6,968 nt of DNA from a virus (taxonomy: Duplodnaviria; Heunggongvirae; Uroviricota; Caudoviricetes). Position numbers and translations under genes: made by a program. Location of the stretch: the IMG/VR virus record IMGVR_UViG_2645727905_000001; one strand, 5' to 3'. Under the pieces are notes generated by a model. It saw nothing but the letters and a program-made list of their open reading frames with translations, was not told the origin of the DNA and did not search any database. Positions 1 through 6,968 of this stretch are shown piece by piece. Position 1 is the stretch's first letter. Each line of letters starts with the position of its first letter.

Positions 1-790
1 CGGTATCTCCCTTTGGACCCTGTGGACCTGCATTTCCCGTCAGACCGGTCTCTCCCCGCTCTCCCCTGTCGCCTTTCGGCCCCTGCGGGCCTGCCGGACC
101 AGCATCACCTGCCGGTCCCCGCTCACCGGTTGCCCCGACAGGACCGGTGTCGCCACGCTCTCCTTTATCTCCCTTCGGCCCCTGAGGACCCGCGGGCCCC
201 GGTTCTCCCTTTGGCCCGGGAGGTCCCACCACGGTGGGGATTCGGTTTACGGCGTCTTCCGCCGCTATCCTGCTTTGTTCCGCTGACTGTGCGCTTTCTG
301 CCGCCTGCCGGGCTGACTCCGATGCATATCCTGCTGAAGTGTCAGCATGTGCAGCGCTCTTTTCTGCCTGACCGGCTGATATGCCGGCATTCCTTGCTGA
401 CGTCTCCGCCTCTCCGGCATTCTTCTTCGCCTCCTCAGCGTTACGCGCCACCTCTTCCACCATCAGTTCAAAACGGCGCAGTGCCTCCGGACGGGCATCA
501 TCCTCCGTCATTGCGCCGAGAAAATCATTCAGCGTCCCCGGTTGAGAATCTTCATACACGGTGATGGTCCCGGCATGTGACGGCGGGAATCCTTCCACCA
601 ACAGAATGACGCTGTACTGACCGTACTCAACGTCCATGCTGTAACGACCGGCTTCATCCGGATTTCTAGAGGCCACCGTGTTCACCACCACCGTGGTACT
701 GTTACGTTTTGCTTTCAGCTGGATTGTGCAGTTCTGTACCGGTTTTCCCGCACCATCTTTCAGCACGCCTGATATTTGCACTGCTGCCAT
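1..790 (-). CDS. stf: Side tail fiber protein (lambda Stf-like), N-terminal 263 codons; partial, continues beyond window start
   Basis: Manual reverse-complement translation from ATG at 790-788 is open for all 263 codons (positions 790..2): [123 protein letters not shown]... then Ala/Ser/Glu-rich linker, then >=25 uninterrupted Gly-X-Y triplets ([37 protein letters not shown]...). The first ~110 aa closely match my recollection of the lambda Stf (orf-401) N-terminus ([38 protein letters not shown]...). SD-like GGAGTGGG lies just upstream. Absent from the ORF track only because it has no stop inside the window. Confidence 0.85.
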   Translation of the reverse strand, partial: MAAVQISGVLKDGAGKPVQNCTIQLKAKRNSTTVVVNTVASRNPDEAGRYSMDVEYGQYSVILLVEGFPPSHAGTITVYEDSQPGTLNDFLGAMTEDDARPEALRRFELMVEEVARNAEEAKKNAGEAETSARNAGISAGQAEKSAAHADTSAGYASESARQAAESAQSAEQSRIAAEDAVNRIPTVVGPPGPKGEPGPAGPQGPKGDKGERGDTGPVGATGERGPAGDAGPAGPQGPKGDRGERGETGLTGNAGPQGPKGDT

Positions 791-801
791 ACCCACTCCA
801 C

Positions 802-829
802 AAAAAAGCCAGCCTGAACCGGCGGGCTG
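802..829 (-). terminator. Possible weak intrinsic terminator in the lom-stf intergenic region
   Basis: On the minus strand, CAGCC (plus 825-829) pairs with GGCTG (plus 810-814) around a 10-nt loop, followed by GC and a T6 run (plus A-run 802-807). Only a 5-bp stem, so weak. Confidence 0.3.
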
Positions 830-849
830 TCATAACGCTGTGTTACTAA

Positions 850-4010
<3,161 letters not shown>

Positions 4011-4036
<26 letters not shown>

Positions 4037-4556
4037 TCAGCAACCCCGGTATCAGTTCATCCAGCGCGGCTGCTTTGTTCATGGCTTTGATGATATCCCG
4101 TTTCAGGAAATCAACATGTCGGTTTTCCAGTTCCGGAAAACGCCGCTGCACCGACAGGGGGATCCCGTCGAGAATACTGGCAATTTCACCTGCGATCCGC
4201 GACAGCACGAAAGTACAGAATGCGGTTTCCACCACTTCAGCGGAGTCTCTGGCATTTTTCAGCTCCTGTGCGTCGGCCTGCGCACGCGTAAGTCGATGGC
4301 GTTCGTACTCAATAGTCCCTGGCTGGAGATCTGTCTCGCTGGCCTGCCGCAGTTCTTCAACTTCCCGGCGCAGCTTTTCGTTCTCAATTTCAGCATCCCT
4401 TTCGGCATACCATTTTATGACGGCGGCAGAGTCATAAAGCACCTCATTACCCTTGCCACCGCCTCGCAGAACGGGCATTCCCTGTTCCTGCCAGTTCTGA
4501 ATGGTACGGATACTCGCACCGAAAATGTCAGCCAGCTGCTTTTTGTTGACTTCCAT
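4011..4556 (-). CDS. Nu1: Terminase small subunit gpNu1
   Basis: 181-aa ORF MEVNKKQLADIFGASIRTIQNWQEQGMPVLRGGGKGNEVLYDSAAVIKWYAERDAEIENEKL..., matching lambda Nu1 in sequence and length (recollection). N-terminal winged-HTH region. ATG at 4554-4556 sits immediately downstream of cosB. Confidence 0.95.
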
Positions 4557-4800
4557 TGTTCATTCCACGGACAAAAACAGAGAAAGGAAACGACAGAGGC
4601 CAAAAAGCTCGCTTTCAGCACCTGTCGTTTCCTTTCTTTTCAGAGGGTATTTTAAATAAAAACATTAAGTTATGACGAAGAAGAACGGAAACGCCTTAAA
4701 CCGGAAAATTTTCATAAATAGCGAAAACCCGCGAGGTCGCCGCCCCGTAACCTGTCGGATCGCCGGAAAGGACCCGCAAAATGATAATAATTATCATCTA
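4557..4800. promoter_or_regulatory. cos: cos site (cosB with Nu1-binding R-site repeats, cosN, cosQ side) in uncut prophage/concatemer configuration
   Basis: Reverse complement of 4557-4745 reads GGGCGGCGACCTCGCGGGTTTTCGCTATTTATGAAAATTTTCCGGTTTAAGGCGTTTCCGTTCTTCTTCGTCATAACTTAATG..., the lambda left end as I recall it. Inverted R-site-like repeats GGAAACGACAG (4586-4596) and CTGTCGTTTCC (4622-4632), and AAGAACGGAAACG (4679-4693). 4746-4800 resembles the lambda right end (CGTAACCTGTCGGATCGCCGGAAAGGAC...). Confidence 0.85.
4728..4751. promoter_or_regulatory. cosN: cosN terminase nicking site; 12-nt cohesive-end sequence at 4734-4745
   Basis: Plus-strand aggtcgccgccc (4734-4745) is the reverse complement of the lambda cohesive end GGGCGGCGACCT, flanked by cgcg... 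and ...cgtaacc exactly as at the lambda cos junction (CAGGTTACG|GGGCGGCGACCT|CGCGGG). Confidence 0.85.
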
Positions 4801-4944
4801 CATGTCACAACGTGCATCTACGCCATCAAACCACGTCAAATAATCAATTATGACGCAGGTATCGTATTAATTGATCTGCGTCAACTTAACGTAAAAACAA
4901 CTTCAGACAATACAAATCAGCGACACTGAATACGGGGCAACCTC

Positions 4945-5139
4945 ATGTCAACGAAGAACAGAACCCGCAGAACAACAACCCGCAACATCCGCTTTCCTAA
5001 CCAAATGATTGAACAAATTAACATCGCTCTTGAGCAAAAAGGGTCTGGGAATTTCTCAGCCTGGGTCATTGAAGCCTGCCGTCGGAGACTAACGTCAGAA
5101 AAGAGAGCATATACATCAATCCAAAGTGATGATGGATGA
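4945..5139 (+). CDS. Small DUF3950 / YlcI-YnfO family protein, predicted ribbon-helix-helix DNA-binding fold
   Basis: 64-aa ORF MSTKNRTRRTTTRNIRFPNQMIEQINIALEQKGSGNFSAWVIEACRRRLTSEKRAYTSIQSDDG. Basic N-terminus, then a predicted beta-strand (RNIRFP) and two helices typical of Arc/CopG-like RHH proteins. Strongly resembles my recollection of E. coli K-12 prophage proteins YlcI (DLP12) / YnfO (Qin), which sit next to the Nu1 homologues nohD/nohQ. First ATG after an in-frame stop at 4927-4929; GGGG about 7 nt upstream. Confidence 0.75.
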   Translation: MSTKNRTRRTTTRNIRFPNQMIEQINIALEQKGSGNFSAWVIEACRRRLTSEKRAYTSIQSDDG

Positions 5140-5326
5140 ACATCCCGGTTTCTTCCACCATCGCACCGGAAAAGCGACTATGAGGGTAACCCTGCGTCTG
5201 TCAGCACAGTAAAACCCGGTGTGCATCGTTTTTGATTATTCCCGCACACTCACGCAGAAGGAATTCCCCGTCGGGCTACGGTCATGGTTAATGCGGGAAT
5301 ACGGCGACGATACAGCGCATAATGTG

Positions 5327-5875
5327 TCAGGCTTGAATACCTTTATCGAATCCCGGTAATAAAAACTGTCCCTGTCTCTCCAGACGTTCCAGCTTTGCAA
5401 GCAATTGAGGTTTTTTCGTTCTCCCCCAGCGATTGAGCAGACGGCCTGACATGCTGGCGACATCCTTCTCTTTCATGTACTCCAGCATTACGGCGTTACG
5501 TTCTGCTTCATAACTTTCGCTGTACTTACGGAGTTCTGCTGACATCCAGTTAAACGCATTGATATAGGCTTCTTTAACAGCATCGGCTTTTGCCCCGTTA
5601 AATCCCATAACCAGCATAACGAAGCCACTAAAGTCCATGCGGTAGTAAATCTGTTTCTTGTCAAAAATACCTAAGTCATTGATTTTCTCGACGGCCCAAA
5701 AATGGGTTGTCGAGAATTCCTCAGAACATCTCAAACATTTAATAGCCCTAATCACATGCTGATGGCGTTTACCAAATGCCCTGGCAATCTGGAAGGTGTC
5801 AGTTACCGGTTGACCTTCTGCTGCGGTAACTAACTGGCGAAAGTCGAAGTCATGATTCGCAATTAATTCATTCAT
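5327..5875 (-). CDS. rha: Rha-family phage regulatory protein (Phage_pRha-like)
   Basis: Translation contains the Rha-family signature ...TDTFQIARAFGKRHQHVIRAIKCLRCSEEFSTTHF...YYRMDFSGFVMLVMGFNGAKADAVKEAYINAFNWM... The ORF-track start at 5944 is a GTG (plus 5942-5944 = cac); the first ATG is at 5873-5875 (MNELIANHDFDFRQLV...), giving a 182-aa product, which I prefer. The true start is uncertain. Confidence 0.8.
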   Translation of the reverse strand: MNELIANHDFDFRQLVTAAEGQPVTDTFQIARAFGKRHQHVIRAIKCLRCSEEFSTTHFWAVEKINDLGIFDKKQIYYRMDFSGFVMLVMGFNGAKADAVKEAYINAFNWMSAELRKYSESYEAERNAVMLEYMKEKDVASMSGRLLNRWGRTKKPQLLAKLERLERQGQFLLPGFDKGIQA

Positions 5876-6028
5876 GGCGTTGCCTGCTTCTTTGAAATGA
5901 ACCTTTGCCGCACAGGAAACCAGCCCACCGAGGCTCGCCAGCACTAACTGGTATCCTCAAAGGCCCATTCCAAAGGGTCAGGTTCGGTGTTTATTGTGCG
6001 CTGCGGTGCGCGGTGAAATACCGGTACA

Positions 6029-6057
6029 AAAATGCCCCGCATCTGCGAGGCATTTTC
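6029..6057 (-). terminator. Rho-independent terminator downstream of Rz/Rz1 (hairpin also foldable on the plus strand)
   Basis: Minus-strand RNA would read ...AAAAUGCCUCGCA-GA-UGCGGGGCAUUUUUGUACC: about 12-bp GC-rich stem with one G-U pair, followed by U5. On the plus strand the same hairpin has a C-A mismatch and is followed by UUUU. Lies between the Rz stop (6094) and the Rha start. Confidence 0.5.
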
Positions 6058-6093
6058 CTGAAAGTCACTTGTTAAATTTCAGTGAAATTAAAA

Positions 6094-6527
6094 TTATTTT
6101 AAGCACTGCGTCCTGATGTATTCCTGCAGGTAGTTAACCTGCGCGGTTATCTTGTCGATTCCACCTCGGAGACGGTAATAATTGAGTTCAGCATCTGCTG
6201 TAAGTCCTGGGCTTTCTCCATCGCCCATGCTGCTGGCTCCGGTCGTTGACTTTGCACAGGTGGCGGAGACTTGCAGGCGCTTACGCCCAGCAGAAACATC
6301 AGCACGGAGACTTTCGATAGTCGCATTAGCGTCAGCAAGCTCCTTTGTGTATCTGGCGTCAAGTTCTGCTACATCACGTTGCCGCTTCTGCATATCAGCG
6401 ATGATGGATGTGGCTTTATCGCGCTGCTCTTTGTAGGCGATGGCGTTATCACGGTAATGATTAACAGCCCATGACAGGCAGAGGATGATGCAAATAACCA
6501 GAGCGGAGATAATCGCGGTTACCCTGC

Positions 6528-6531
<4 letters not shown>
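6094..6531 (-). CDS. Rz: i-spanin Rz (inner-membrane spanin subunit)
   Basis: [42 protein letters not shown]...: N-terminal transmembrane helix then a charged coiled-coil-like periplasmic domain; resembles RzpD/lambda Rz (recollection). Preferred start is ATG at 6529-6531, forming an ATGA overlap with the lysozyme stop (6528-6530); the ORF-track start at 6543 is a GTG. Confidence 0.85.
6147..6326 (-). CDS. Rz1: o-spanin Rz1 (outer-membrane lipoprotein), embedded in the +1 frame inside Rz
   Basis: Embedded ORF; from ATG at 6324-6326 it reads [59 protein letters not shown]: signal peptide with lipobox-like VSAC, Pro-rich mature region, fully nested in Rz as is typical for Rz1. The ORF-track start (6362) is a TTG and less likely. 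Confidence 0.75.
   Translation of the reverse strand: MRLSKVSVLMFLLGVSACKSPPPVQSQRPEPAAWAMEKAQDLQQMLNSIITVSEVESTR

Positions 6532-6968
<437 letters not shown>

Noticed and set aside
1-260. Periodic short repeats considered as a possible CRISPR array
   Set aside because: The period is 9 bp (codon-triplet Gly-X-Y periodicity) inside an open reading frame, with no 25-40-bp direct repeats separated by unique spacers; this is a protein-coding collagen-like repeat.
13-564. 183-aa plus-strand ORF, extremely Pro/Leu/Arg-rich
   Set aside because: It is the antisense shadow of the collagen-like Gly-X-Y repeat of the minus-strand stf gene (GGN/CCN codons read backwards give Pro-rich frames). It has no independent start/RBS support, and the opposite strand has strong homology.
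4116-4655. 179-aa plus-strand ORF overlapping Nu1 and cosB (and 4075..4437)
   Set aside because: Antisense to the well-supported Nu1 gene and runs into the cosB repeats; low-complexity translation; lambda has no gene here.
4672-4929. 85-aa plus-strand ORF spanning cosN and cosQ
   Set aside because: It crosses the terminase nicking site and cos sequences that look lambda-conserved; the translation is Asn/Lys-rich low complexity with no good RBS. Most likely non-coding cos/right-end sequence.
5236-5463. 75-aa minus-strand ORF overlapping the Rha 3' end
   Set aside because: Out-of-frame overlap with the better-supported Rha coding sequence; no recognisable features.

Overview
This window is a reverse-oriented segment of a lambda-like (lambdoid) prophage, probably from E. 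coli or a close relative. It looks like a decaying cryptic prophage rather than a novel system. All identifications rest on reading the translations and comparing them with phage lambda / E. coli K-12 prophage proteins from memory; no database search was run.

Gene order in phage orientation (minus strand, high to low coordinates):
- 5'-truncated P21/RrrD-type lysozyme
- Rz/Rz1 spanins, followed by a hairpin terminator
- Rha-family regulator
- a convergent plus-strand DUF3950 (YlcI/YnfO-like) ribbon-helix-helix ORF
- cosQ/cosN/cosB
- full-length Nu1, A and W
- portal gene B cut after ~347 codons and fused in frame to the last codons of lom
- N-terminus of a lambda Stf-like side tail fiber with a collagen-like Gly-X-Y tract, running off the window start

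The packaging module and cos appear essentially lambda-identical, whereas the head and tail genes between B and lom are missing. The least characterised parts are the Rha/DUF3950 accessory pair and the right-hand boundary near 6890-6968, where lysozyme homology breaks off. The long plus-strand ORFs in the track are antisense shadows of the minus-strand genes. No rRNA, tRNA, CRISPR array or IS element was recognised.
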